The notes under the pieces: generated by a model
Seen by the model: the letters and a program-made list of their open reading frames with translations, nothing else
Database searches by the model: none
Told to the model about the DNA's origin: nothing
Source: a virus
Lineage: Duplodnaviria; Caudoviricetes
Reading direction: 5' to 3' (one strand)
DNA length: 53,001 bases
IMG/VR virus record: IMGVR_UViG_3300030102_005935
Coordinates: 1 to 53,001 of that record
Translations under genes and position numbers: made by a program
Shown: piece after piece, positions 1-9,670 of the stretch
Position numbering within the stretch: the stretch's first letter is position 1
How the letters are laid out: every line of letters begins with the position of its first letter

Positions 1-328
1 GAAGGTATCCATCATGCAACCAATTATACATGACTGTAATAGCAAGACGCGTCTTACCTGCTCCGGTAGCGGCCTTGACTGTCATGCGTGGCCTCTCAAG
101 TCCGAGCCACTTGCTGTATGCTTCCGCTTGCCACTGTCTTGCACCTTCCTCCAACTGTTCTCCTGTTCGGGTAGGAGGTAGCGAGGACAATACCATCTCT
201 TTGTCGTAGTGTTCAATACCATCCGACTGTGCGAAGTGTATCACCATGTCATCGTTAGATGAATCAACAAAGTCAATGTTCATGTCATCGTTGGTAGTGG
301 TAGTTTCAATTCCAAAATCTATTTCCAT
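1..328 (-). CDS. Superfamily 2 helicase, N-terminal part (runs off the left edge; absent from the ORF track)
   Basis: Hand translation from ATG at 328 (GGTGA SD upstream): MEIDFGIETTTTNDDMNIDF...ARQWQAEAYSKW...VKAATGAGKTRLAI; Q-motif (RxWQ) and Walker A (ATGAGKT) typical of SF2 helicases. Confidence 0.85.
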   Translation of the reverse strand, partial: MEIDFGIETTTTNDDMNIDFVDSSNDDMVIHFAQSDGIEHYDKEMVLSSLPPTRTGEQLEEGARQWQAEAYSKWLGLERPRMTVKAATGAGKTRLAITVMYNWLHDGYL

Positions 329-616
329 TTCTCTCACCAATTATTGATATTATCTTTTTATTATAATAGAGATAACTAACTATTATTCTTATTAGAAGAA
401 CATAAGATTCGTGATAATCTTCCGTGATAATCACAGGATAAGCGCGAATCACAATCTCCAACATGGGAGACAACTACACACATGTCATAGTTGTTGCGAT
501 AAGCGCGGGGTGAATATGATAAGTTGCTTGAGTAGCAACAGGTAATATGTCAAGAACATCAAGAATCGTGCGTGCTTGACAACAACGCTGAGATATTTTC
601 AGCGCAAAGTGAATTC

Positions 617-632
617 ACAACCGTATGGTTGG
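617..632. promoter_or_regulatory. Palindromic candidate operator ACAACCGTATGGTTGG, copy 1
   Basis: CAACC-N4-GGTTG dyad; identical 16-mer at 2059-2074; both copies intergenic and upstream of leftward genes. Confidence 0.5.
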
Positions 633-692
633 CGGTTTTTTTTATGTCGGAAAAAACAACCACAATGAGCATTCATTGAGGTTGTGAGACAT

Positions 693-739
693 AAAAAAAA
701 AGGGAGCCAACCCCACCGCGAGCGGTGAGGTTGACCCCC
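693..739 (-). terminator. Hairpin plus U-tract terminator downstream of the 380-aa gene
   Basis: Minus strand reads GGGGGTCAACCTCACCG-CTCG-CGGTGGGGTTGGCTCCC then T9; 17-bp stem fully paired when G-U wobbles are allowed, which works only on the minus strand. Confidence 0.75.
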
Positions 740-789
740 AATGAGGACCCCGGTTTACGATACCGGGAAACGAGTAGGACAATATTCAA

Positions 790-1932
790 TCAAAGGTTTT
801 GAAGGTCTTTGATTGACATTGAATCAATGTCAGCGTCGGACATCTTTGGAGTTCTTTGGCTGGATTGCCAATCGTTCTCTTTAGGAACCCATCTCCAATT
901 GTGTGCTGTGCCTTTGATGACCTTTGAGTCCGCAAGTTCTTGATTCAAGTCTATCCATGCTTGGACATCTTGCTTGAATTGCTTGGATACAAAGTGAGTG
1001 AAACGCATGTTGTAAAACTTACGACCACTGCCATTGATTACTGCCGCTGCCACCTTGACTAAGATGCGCTTGACGATTTGCTTCTTTTGTAGGCTAAGAT
1101 GTCCACAAAGTTCAGCGAACCAATGTCTGTAATTACCATCTAAGTCAGCACGATTGACTTTAGCGGAAGGTCTAATCTCAATGATGTCAGCAATAACAGG
1201 TTGCATGATGCTGAAGTTAGCCCAACCTGCTCGGTCCTTGAGAATTTTAGCCTCAACTCTTTGCGTGCCGTTGTTTTTGTCTTGTTCGTATCCTTTGCCG
1301 TCTTTAGCAAGGTTGAACAATACTGCTTTAGCCGCTTCAATGTCTTCATCACTTACCGCTTGGATAGCCTTGAATGATTCACCGTTTAGAGCGTCAAAGA
1401 TGTGGTTAAGTTCTGTGGCTTGCGCTTCTTCAACTTCTTCATCGCTAACCATGTCATCAAGTGATGGCATGTTGTCTCCAAAGTCAATAGACATGTCGTT
1501 GTTTGTAGTGGCCTCAGTTTGTGGCTGAGTGGTGGAAGTGTTGAACGAATCAACAAAGGTAGTGAATCCTTGACGGATATTGTTGCGGGTGGATTGTATG
1601 TCCGACCCTTTGAAGTGTTTGACAACCAAGATAGATATTTCCTTGAGTTTTTGGAAATCATTGGGCATAGACATACCGGAGTCACCTTCGTAATACTCCG
1701 TAATCTTCGTATGCTCAATGCCGACACTGTTAGCAAGGCGAACAATCAAGGTTGCGTTCTTGACTGCTTGCCGGTTGCCGGTATCGGTCTTTTTGGTCTT
1801 AATGCTGGCTTCAGTTTCATTAGCGAAGGCCATCAGTCTTGCTGCCTTTTCATCACCGTCGCCGGGTCCGAAGAAGCAATCACTGAAAGCGTCTGCTGTT
1901 TCATATACTTTGTTCTGCTGTGGCATATTCAT
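790..1932 (-). CDS. Hypothetical protein, 380 aa, two domains joined by an acidic linker containing NNDMSIDFG
   Basis: Long ORF, GGAGG SD just upstream (start may be the second ATG at 1926), terminator downstream; no family recognised. Confidence 0.85.
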   Translation of the reverse strand: MNMPQQNKVYETADAFSDCFFGPGDGDEKAARLMAFANETEASIKTKKTDTGNRQAVKNATLIVRLANSVGIEHTKITEYYEGDSGMSMPNDFQKLKEISILVVKHFKGSDIQSTRNNIRQGFTTFVDSFNTSTTQPQTEATTNNDMSIDFGDNMPSLDDMVSDEEVEEAQATELNHIFDALNGESFKAIQAVSDEDIEAAKAVLFNLAKDGKGYEQDKNNGTQRVEAKILKDRAGWANFSIMQPVIADIIEIRPSAKVNRADLDGNYRHWFAELCGHLSLQKKQIVKRILVKVAAAVINGSGRKFYNMRFTHFVSKQFKQDVQAWIDLNQELADSKVIKGTAHNWRWVPKENDWQSSQRTPKMSDADIDSMSIKDLQNL

Positions 1933-1981
1933 ACCTCCTACTCCCTCAATGGAAGCACTTTTGCAGTAAGATTGGGCGCGC

Positions 1982-1996
1982 CCTTTATAAGCAAAA
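1982..1996 (-). promoter_or_regulatory. Candidate archaeal TATA box for the leftward gene
   Basis: Minus strand TTTTGCTTATAAAGG about 55 nt upstream of the ATG at 1932. Confidence 0.45.
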
Positions 1997-2058
1997 GGCC
2001 AAAAATCGGGTTGTCAGTCTTCGCGTTCTTGCTGCGCGATGGAGTGCAAGAACACGCG

Positions 2059-2074
2059 ACAACCGTATGGTTGG
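2059..2074. promoter_or_regulatory. Palindromic candidate operator ACAACCGTATGGTTGG, copy 2
   Basis: Exact 16-bp match to 617-632. Confidence 0.5.
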
Positions 2075-2389
2075 AGCGAGCGCGTCGTGTAGTCGTCGCT
2101 CGCGACAACACGCGCCCGCGCGTTGTGTATTATCGCGTAATCGCGACACTGCGAAGCATCGCGCCGTTAGTGAAGGTGCTGATTTGCGCGAATTATCGCG
2201 CTACGCGCCCACCCCGCGGAGCAATTTGCCCCCCGCGTTAGCCGGAGTCGCGCTCGCGGCGCGGCAATTTGCCCTCCTTAACCGCGTGCGAAATACAGAC
2301 AATTTTTTCATGGGGGTCAAAAAAAAATTAGCGCAAAAAATTTTTACGACCGCTATCTTCAAGGGCAAGGTTGCTATCCGATATACCAC

Positions 2390-5300
2390 ATGGCTCGCTT
2401 TGTCCGTATCTTGAAGGCCACGAAAAGGCAAGAAAAAGACGAGCGCAAACGCAAGAGGGACGAGGCAAGAGAGGCACGCAAAGCCAAGAAAAAAGCGCGA
2501 CAGAATAAGAAAAAACAGGTGCGCGTAGTTGATGCTCCGCCACCAAACAAAGAGCCGAAGGAAGCCAAACCGGAACCACCGAAAGAAGAGCCACCAAAAA
2601 ATAAGGAGACTAAGCCACCAACGCGCGAAATTGCTGTCCGAGACAGAAAGAAAGGTAAAACCGAGAAGGCTTTTGAGTCTTTACAGCCTTATATGAACAA
2701 CTTGATGAAGAGGCATGACGCTGGTGAGATTGACATAGTGGACTTATACACTAATATTATCAACGCGAACAACCTTTTGATTGGTCAAGCACTTGGTATG
2801 GACGAAAGTGCGCTGTATGAAGCGCAGGGAGACATACCTGCAATTATGGCGGAACCTTTGATTAACGCTCCTGTAATGATGCACTTACAAAGAATGTCAA
2901 ACAAATACCCGGAACTCAAAGAAGTTCGCGCAGAAGACGAAGAAGACAACGGTAGTTTGGAAGATTTGATGGAGGCGACAAAAGGAATACGCGCTGATAT
3001 TTCATCGTTTATCGCGGACCCAATAAACATGGGAAGACCGCACCAACAAAAAGACATCAATGGTATTTACAAATTGTTGGCTCGCTTTAATCACCCATTG
3101 GCTGTAACGCTTGGTGAAGAAATACCAAAGAGCGACAAGATTGCACCAAACTACAAACCAAGAAGACCTCGCCAAATACGCGTTAGGGGAAAAATGACAG
3201 ACCGCGACTTTGAGGGTGAGATGAACCGTTTAGCGCGTGAACAATCGGAACTGTTGAGTGGGAGAACACCCGCGGGTTCTATGGTTCCCTTTGGAGGACC
3301 GCGAGCGCAAGACAAGAAATTCTATGACGAATTCTTTTCACAGACCGATATTGACCGCGGACCAAAGAAGCAAACTGGTATTGTTGTTAAACGACCAAGC
3401 ACCGCGATGACGAAAAATATTCTTGAAAAAGTCAAACAAATTAGTCGCGAAGAAGCACTTGATGATAAGGACGCGTTCAATAGTTTACAAGATAAATTCA
3501 ACAACTTCATGATTTCATTAACAGGCAATAAGGCGTTCGGAACATCGGGGCGCGCTGGTAAATTTGGTGGTGAAATTGAAACTGGTCGCGCACCAAACGC
3601 ACTTACACCGTCTATGGCAGAAGTTGGTAAGCAACTTGGTATCGGTATGCCAGCACCAAACATACCGGACATGATGCTCAAACCTCATTTAGAAGGTAAA
3701 TCACCTTTCAGTATGGAGTTGCGTGACGCATTGGCTGTTGAGTTAGGCCCTATGGATAAAACAGGTTTCCACCCATCGCTTGTGTCATCAACAGGTGAAG
3801 ACGGGCTACTAAGCAGTTTGCTTGATGATGAAACTAAAGAAACAACTGAGGGTGCTGGTTTTGCTGGAACTAAAGAGGAAATTGAAGAGAAAGCCAGTGA
3901 AGCGCGAAGAGCAAGAATTGGTGGAGTTGCAACTGAATCTTCAATGATGGAACCCGAAGATGAACTTGCGGTTGTTCAAGGTAAAAGGAAGATGTCGCCT
4001 TCTCAAAAGATGGCTGAACTTGAGCGCAGGTTGCAACAAGGTGATATTGACGATTATGAATATGAAATGCAAAGACTCGCGCTTCAAATGAATCAACACA
4101 AGATAGACAGCGATAAAGAATTAGGCGGTCTAAGTGGTGATGATTTTGATGTTAATCACGCATTCTTTGGTTTGAATGAGAATCAAATCATGGAGCGCAG
4201 TCAAATGTTTGTTGACAATCTTATCGGTATGGGTCGTGTTATACGAGAGTTGAGGTATGAAGCACACAGACATAGTGGTGCTGAGACACCCGAACAAAAA
4301 AAGAAAGTTGATAATGAAATAGCCGCTATGGGTTTGGACGCGCAACATCTTATTTCATTTGGTAATATTGACAATGCTCCGCTTAGGGACATATTAAGAT
4401 ACAACAGGCTTGATGATATTATGAACGGTAAACTAAGTCAAGTAATGCCGCGAATAACATCGCAGATGAATAGACAGCACAAAATGATGAAAGATATGGG
4501 CTTGAGCGATGTTGATGTTGTTAATGCGGCTATGAAATACGCTAACGCTGATATGAGTATTAGCGGATACAAAGATGCATTCAAGAGTCTGTTAACACAG
4601 AAGCGCAAAGAGGGTGATTTGAAATCATATCCAATTTATCGTTTGTTGCAATATTTACAGAAAAAGGGACTTCGCGAAGCAATGGACGAGGAACATCATC
4701 AAAAGGTAATGGAGCAGCAGAAAAGGTTTGAGAGAAACCACGCTGCGCGCAAAACAGAAAGAGAGTTAGGTAGTTTCAGTGCTGGTGGGGCTGATTTGAT
4801 GTCGCCGCAACCCGAACACATTTCTCATCTTTTAGAAGACAAAGAAGAATGTCTATCGTGCCACCCGGATAGATTTGGGAACCGAACCGCACAGGAAGCA
4901 AGACTGCATTCACCATTCAAGCGTGAAAGAACACCATTCGCGCATAAATCAATCACTATGCCTCTTTTGACTGATTACAAAGAAGGCAAAGGGCGAGGCG
5001 ACGCGCGTTTGTATGCTATTGCGCCGGAAGGTCAAACTTCCCTTGCTTCTATCGTCAATCATATTTATCCGGGCAAACTTGACATCAAGAAACTATTAGC
5101 AGAAGAAGAAAGAGTCAAAGAAGACCGTCAAAGAAGTGTTGCAAATTGGCGCAAAGATAAAACCAAAAAATACAAACGACTCATCAAAGATGCTGTTCTT
5201 ACAGGTAATCCACGCGCTGCAAACATTTACAAAAAGTTTGGACTTTACAAGACAATTGAGAATGCTATCGCAACAGGACCAGCGGGTATGAGCAACAAAG

Positions 5301-8300
5301 AATTAGTTGCTGCATCGTTCTTCATGAATAACGACGATTCAATTGATAAATTCCAAGAAATGCATCGTAAAAAGACGCTTATGGCTACAAGATTCAACGC
5401 TATTACTGACGCTATTGATTTCATGAAAGAGATAGCCGAAGGTCAATATGGTGGTAAAATCAAACCGGGTGCGTTGAAAAGTGAATCATTAAGACGCGCT
5501 CTTCTTAGTGAATTAGTTGGTGGGCCTATTGATGGTATTCAAAGAGCAGACAAAAGCATACTAAGAGCAAAAAGAAGCCTTGAATCATTAGACCCTATTT
5601 ACCGACAGTATTTAGCAGAACAAAAGGACTATGAGGAAAAATTAGCGCAAACCAAGATGCAGACATACATTGACGAAGATGGTAATGAGCGACAAGAACG
5701 CGGACAATATATGGAGCCATCACAAATCGCAATGATTGAAGAAATCGCTAAAAAGATTGACAAGAAGTATAGCAGTATGTTGTTAGACCGTAAAAACAAA
5801 CTTAGCACTATCAAGCGTAATGAAAACAAAAAGCAAAAACTACAAGATGCAAGCGAAGAATCTTTGTCGCGTGTTAACGAATTCATGCTTGGTGTTTTCA
5901 TCAAGGCCGGTGGTGACATTGCAAAGATTCTCAACAGCAAAAAACCAACAACGAGTATGGTATCCAAACTGTATGAACAGTTGTATGAAGACGATGACTT
6001 TGATTCAATACACCGCGCTGATACAGATGGCAACTTGAGCCGCGACTTTACTCATTCTTTGAGTAATTACAAATTGGGACGAATGGGTGAAATGGCTGGA
6101 ACAGGTATCATGGCTCATAACAACAACAAAGCATTGCCGCGTGTTAACAATATCAACCAACTACTTGCTCATCGTATCGCTATGGGCTTCCCCCTCAAAG
6201 AAGATGACATTGAGCGCGCTAAATCAATGATGTTTGATGCTGAGATGACTGATGCTGTTGATGATGAAGATGATGAAGAGTTTATGCGATTAGCGCGTGA
6301 AATGATGACCGAAGAAGAAATACAGAATCTATCGGAAAAGAAACATCATCATCATGACGACAGTGCTAACGAGTTGGGGTTAATCACAGAAGCAGAAGCA
6401 GCGCGAAGGGAGCAAAATTCACACTTTACAAGAGGTAGTGAAGAAGCCATTGAAAGAGGTGATATTAATGCGCAGTCGTTGATAAGTAATTGGCGACAAC
6501 ATGCACCAACATTATGCGGAACATGTCATGGACATAAGTTCGTTACTAAAGATGAAGCAATCTCATTCTTGCGTCATCGCATACCGGAACTGGAAGGTGT
6601 AGGAAGAGACAGTCCAAGAATGATGAAATACATATCACAAAACTTACGACCGCGAGGCACGCAAGATTTCGCAAGTCATGAAATGGCTGATGAAATGGAA
6701 GACCACGAACACGAACAATTCGCGTGTCCGGCATGTGAACACAGTGCTGATTATGTTCAAGGTGGTAAGTGTAGCAACGGTTTATGCCCCGATTGTTTAG
6801 GTAGTGGTGTCCGCGACCCATTAGATGATGAACACATACATGATGGTTACACAGACGCGGAAGGAAACAAAATAGATGGTAAAAACCATCACTATTCGCA
6901 TAACGGTGCAGTCGGCGCGAAGTTTGACCACCTTAACCAACTGCTATTACAGGGAGCAGAAATGATGCAAAGCGGTAAAATACCCGACTTTCTGCAAGAA
7001 GTCGTTAAACGCGCTTCACCAGTATGGCAGCAGTATGGTGATTATGTAGGGACAGGTAAATACAAAACAATTGAGGATAAAAGAAATGCAGCGCGAAAGA
7101 AAGAATTGGAACCGTTGGAGATTGACCCTAACGCGCCGGAGATACCCGGTCCACCAAGAGAAGAAAACGAAGAAACGGCAGATAACACAGATATGAATAT
7201 TGATTTCGGTCAAGAAAAACCAAAAGATAACACAGATATGAATATTGATTTCGGTCAAGAAAAAGAAGAGCCAAGAATTGACATACCGTTATACGGTGTG
7301 CAAAAGAAGGCTCTTGATTCTCATCACAAGATAATGCTTGAAAACAGAATTAATCAATTAGAAATGATTGGTGTAAAAACACAAGAAAACGCTGGTAATG
7401 CTGACGCAGTAAAGATGATAAAAGATTTAGCGGCAGAAATTAGAGCAGACCCCGCTTTCATCAGCGGTGAAGTTCATGGAAACGATATGCACCCGCTGGT
7501 TGATAAAATACACAAGTTGCAAGAATATGCAGAAGCGGCGTATGTTGCTTCCGAAATGGGCTTTGACGACAGAAGAAAAATACCGTATGATGAAAAAGGC
7601 AACATACTAACAAGCGTCAAGGACATATTTGCTGGTGATTCACCTTTGACATTTGCTGATTATGAACCGTTGACCCCTATGCATGGACACAACTTGACAT
7701 TAAGTGAAATAGCAGAAGGACTGTTTGAAGATGGTGCGACTCATTCACCAAGACCGATTGATGATAAAAGATTAGCAGACTTATTCCGCGGTAACAATAA
7801 AGCGATGGGTGTCATCAATCGTCGCCAGCAATACAACAAACTTGACAAAAATAAACTAAGCAAAATAGCCTCCGCGCTTGATGGAATTGACAAACCAATG
7901 GTTGCTCGTAAAACAACTAATTTGAGAAGCGACTCATTAGATGCTATATTGAAAGAATTTGGCGAAGAAGGTAAAGTCTCCGAGATGGATAAACCGCAGT
8001 TGACTTATAGTGATGAAACAATGAATGCGTTTAAGCAAGCAGGTGCTACAGATGTTAACGCATTAATTACTGCACCAAACGCTAACAAACAAAATCGCGC
8101 AATCAACGAAGGATACAATGTGAACTTGAATAGTTCAATCAAAGAGTTGTGGCAAGAGTATGTTCTAAAGACAGCAATGAGAACATTCATGACGCGCGTT
8201 AACAACCCTCTTGATTTCCCAAAGATACCCGAAAACATCACACCGTCAAACATGAAACAGTTAGTTGGTGAAGATGTTGGGTTGTTCAAATTGTTAAGAG

Positions 8301-9019
8301 ATGAAGCCGCGAAACTATGTGGTTATGAAAATGAAGATGAGTTTAGTAAAAAGGTTGGGTTGACCAGCAAAATAGAGATTACTGACGGTAAAGGAAGAGT
8401 TGCGCGAGAGTTGAACCCAAGAGAATTCAAAGCAGATGTTATGCAGAATGCTAACCATGAAGATAGTGCTAAATTAGATTTAGGTTTTGTCAAATATCAA
8501 AAAGACGATGAAGGTAATCTCATTAGTGCTAAGTTTACACCAACAGATTTGAAAAAGTTGTTTGCTAATTCACAAAAATTAGCATTCTCAGCAGAAGATA
8601 AGGCGATGTATGACGGTATGGTAAAATCCGCTCAATGGCATCACTATCCTAATTGGTATCATAGAGATGTGATGCGCGATGTATTACAAGGTCAAGAAGG
8701 CAAAGAAGATGGGTTTAGTGATTATGATGAGTTGAGTCAAGCATTCCAAAATGGCCTGTTGCCACCGGAGATAGATAAAAGACTCAAAGAATCACTTATT
8801 CTAACAAGAATGTCGCACCCTACATTGAATCATCAAAACTACGGTGATATGTTAGCGTATGACCACGCGAGACAGGAAATGTTGAGAATGCAAAGAATGT
8901 CGCGTATGCAACGATATGGAACTAACCCGTATCTTGGACCTACACCCACGCAACCAACGGAGATGCCCCAGCAACAACAGCAACAGCCCGCAATTGATTT
9001 TGAGGGCGATTCTCAATAA
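2390..9019 (+). CDS. Giant hypothetical protein, 2209 aa; basic N-terminus, helical/coiled-coil regions, Cys-rich Zn-finger-like segment
   Basis: Uninterrupted ORF; CLSCH, CGTCHG, CPACEH, CSNGLCPDCLGSG (DnaJ-like CxxCxGxG); tandem DNTDMNIDFG. Confidence 0.9.
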   Translation: MARFVRILKATKRQEKDERKRKRDEAREARKAKKKARQNKKKQVRVVDAPPPNKEPKEAKPEPPKEEPPKNKETKPPTREIAVRDRKKGKTEKAFESLQPYMNNLMKRHDAGEIDIVDLYTNIINANNLLIGQALGMDESALYEAQGDIPAIMAEPLINAPVMMHLQRMSNKYPELKEVRAEDEEDNGSLEDLMEATKGIRADISSFIADPINMGRPHQQKDINGIYKLLARFNHPLAVTLGEEIPKSDKIAPNYKPRRPRQIRVRGKMTDRDFEGEMNRLAREQSELLSGRTPAGSMVPFGGPRAQDKKFYDEFFSQTDIDRGPKKQTGIVVKRPSTAMTKNILEKVKQISREEALDDKDAFNSLQDKFNNFMISLTGNKAFGTSGRAGKFGGEIETGRAPNALTPSMAEVGKQLGIGMPAPNIPDMMLKPHLEGKSPFSMELRDALAVELGPMDKTGFHPSLVSSTGEDGLLSSLLDDETKETTEGAGFAGTKEEIEEKASEARRARIGGVATESSMMEPEDELAVVQGKRKMSPSQKMAELERRLQQGDIDDYEYEMQRLALQMNQHKIDSDKELGGLSGDDFDVNHAFFGLNENQIMERSQMFVDNLIGMGRVIRELRYEAHRHSGAETPEQKKKVDNEIAAMGLDAQHLISFGNIDNAPLRDILRYNRLDDIMNGKLSQVMPRITSQMNRQHKMMKDMGLSDVDVVNAAMKYANADMSISGYKDAFKSLLTQKRKEGDLKSYPIYRLLQYLQKKGLREAMDEEHHQKVMEQQKRFERNHAARKTERELGSFSAGGADLMSPQPEHISHLLEDKEECLSCHPDRFGNRTAQEARLHSPFKRERTPFAHKSITMPLLTDYKEGKGRGDARLYAIAPEGQTSLASIVNHIYPGKLDIKKLLAEEERVKEDRQRSVANWRKDKTKKYKRLIKDAVLTGNPRAANIYKKFGLYKTIENAIATGPAGMSNKELVAASFFMNNDDSIDKFQEMHRKKTLMATRFNAITDAIDFMKEIAEGQYGGKIKPGALKSESLRRALLSELVGGPIDGIQRADKSILRAKRSLESLDPIYRQYLAEQKDYEEKLAQTKMQTYIDEDGNERQERGQYMEPSQIAMIEEIAKKIDKKYSSMLLDRKNKLSTIKRNENKKQKLQDASEESLSRVNEFMLGVFIKAGGDIAKILNSKKPTTSMVSKLYEQLYEDDDFDSIHRADTDGNLSRDFTHSLSNYKLGRMGEMAGTGIMAHNNNKALPRVNNINQLLAHRIAMGFPLKEDDIERAKSMMFDAEMTDAVDDEDDEEFMRLAREMMTEEEIQNLSEKKHHHHDDSANELGLITEAEAARREQNSHFTRGSEEAIERGDINAQSLISNWRQHAPTLCGTCHGHKFVTKDEAISFLRHRIPELEGVGRDSPRMMKYISQNLRPRGTQDFASHEMADEMEDHEHEQFACPACEHSADYVQGGKCSNGLCPDCLGSGVRDPLDDEHIHDGYTDAEGNKIDGKNHHYSHNGAVGAKFDHLNQLLLQGAEMMQSGKIPDFLQEVVKRASPVWQQYGDYVGTGKYKTIEDKRNAARKKELEPLEIDPNAPEIPGPPREENEETADNTDMNIDFGQEKPKDNTDMNIDFGQEKEEPRIDIPLYGVQKKALDSHHKIMLENRINQLEMIGVKTQENAGNADAVKMIKDLAAEIRADPAFISGEVHGNDMHPLVDKIHKLQEYAEAAYVASEMGFDDRRKIPYDEKGNILTSVKDIFAGDSPLTFADYEPLTPMHGHNLTLSEIAEGLFEDGATHSPRPIDDKRLADLFRGNNKAMGVINRRQQYNKLDKNKLSKIASALDGIDKPMVARKTTNLRSDSLDAILKEFGEEGKVSEMDKPQLTYSDETMNAFKQAGATDVNALITAPNANKQNRAINEGYNVNLNSSIKELWQEYVLKTAMRTFMTRVNNPLDFPKIPENITPSNMKQLVGEDVGLFKLLRDEAAKLCGYENEDEFSKKVGLTSKIEITDGKGRVARELNPREFKADVMQNANHEDSAKLDLGFVKYQKDDEGNLISAKFTPTDLKKLFANSQKLAFSAEDKAMYDGMVKSAQWHHYPNWYHRDVMRDVLQGQEGKEDGFSDYDELSQAFQNGLLPPEIDKRLKESLILTRMSHPTLNHQNYGDMLAYDHARQEMLRMQRMSRMQRYGTNPYLGPTPTQPTEMPQQQQQQPAIDFEGDSQ
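7180..7264 (+). repeat. Tandem duplication, 40 bp identical, period 45 bp, encoding DNTDMNIDFGQEK twice
   Basis: AGATAACACAGATATGAATATTGATTTCGGTCAAGAAAAA at 7180-7219 and 7225-7264. Confidence 0.95.
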
Positions 9020-9148
9020 TATCGTTTTTTTCTCATAATCATAATTTACTATATTATTCTGATAATAATACGATAATAGCGATAAAAGGGTGAATCAACA
9101 TGCTTATGTATCGTTCGCGACACGCACTACGCATGGAGGTCTGTTGAT

Positions 9149-9670
9149 ATGCAAGAGCGAACACCACAGAATAAAGATGAATTAAGGGTTTTAGGATTGA
9201 TTTCCTTCGTTAGTATATTGGTCGGTTGTTGCATCGCGGTTTTTGATGCAGGTTTGTGGTTGAGAGATGATTCAACATATACAAACGCGATAACATACAC
9301 TATGGGAGCATTCACCTTACAAGGAATGGCCTATTTCATTTACAAAATGTTAGCGCAAGATGGTATGGACCAGCGCGCTGTTATTTCAAACATGCAACGA
9401 AGCATGACACGACAGATGCAAAACCAACAAATGCGGTTTGCTAAAGCGCAAATGGACATGGAAATCAAAAAACAAGAGGTTGCATTCGCAAAACAACTTG
9501 AAGAATTAGAAAAAGACCCCGAAGTTCAACAATATCTTGGGTTGATGAGCGGTGAAATTGAGCCGGAAACGCCAGCACACAAAGCAAACACCAAAAAATC
9601 ACTTAATTTAGGTAGTAGTGGTCGCAAACGCAACGCTGATGGAACATACGCGAAGAATAAAAAGGAGTGA
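9149..9670 (+). CDS. Membrane protein with 2 predicted TM helices and a C-terminal coiled coil
   Basis: Hydrophobic VLGLISFVSILVGCCIAVF and ITYTMGAFTLQGMAYFIY; Q/M/E/K-rich helix; GGAGGT SD. Confidence 0.85.
   Translation: MQERTPQNKDELRVLGLISFVSILVGCCIAVFDAGLWLRDDSTYTNAITYTMGAFTLQGMAYFIYKMLAQDGMDQRAVISNMQRSMTRQMQNQQMRFAKAQMDMEIKKQEVAFAKQLEELEKDPEVQQYLGLMSGEIEPETPAHKANTKKSLNLGSSGRKRNADGTYAKNKKE

Larger units (their letters stand above)
1977..2345. other. Non-coding GC-rich, CGCG-dense island between divergent transcription units
   Basis: 21 CGCG tetramers counted by eye in 1977-2286, a repeated GCAATTTGCCC (2221, 2264), followed by A/T tracts at about 2300-2345. Confidence 0.6.

Noticed and set aside
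1519-2241. 240-aa plus-strand ORF and other ORFs across the CGCG island (1920-2414, 2201-2431)
   Set aside because: Antisense to a real gene or Arg/Ala-rich by-products of the GC-rich island; no SD and no protein-like composition
4845-6535. Two CxxCH motifs (CLSCH, CGTCH) suggesting a c-type cytochrome
   Set aside because: No signal peptide, and neighbouring CxxC/CxxCxGxG motifs point to Zn binding
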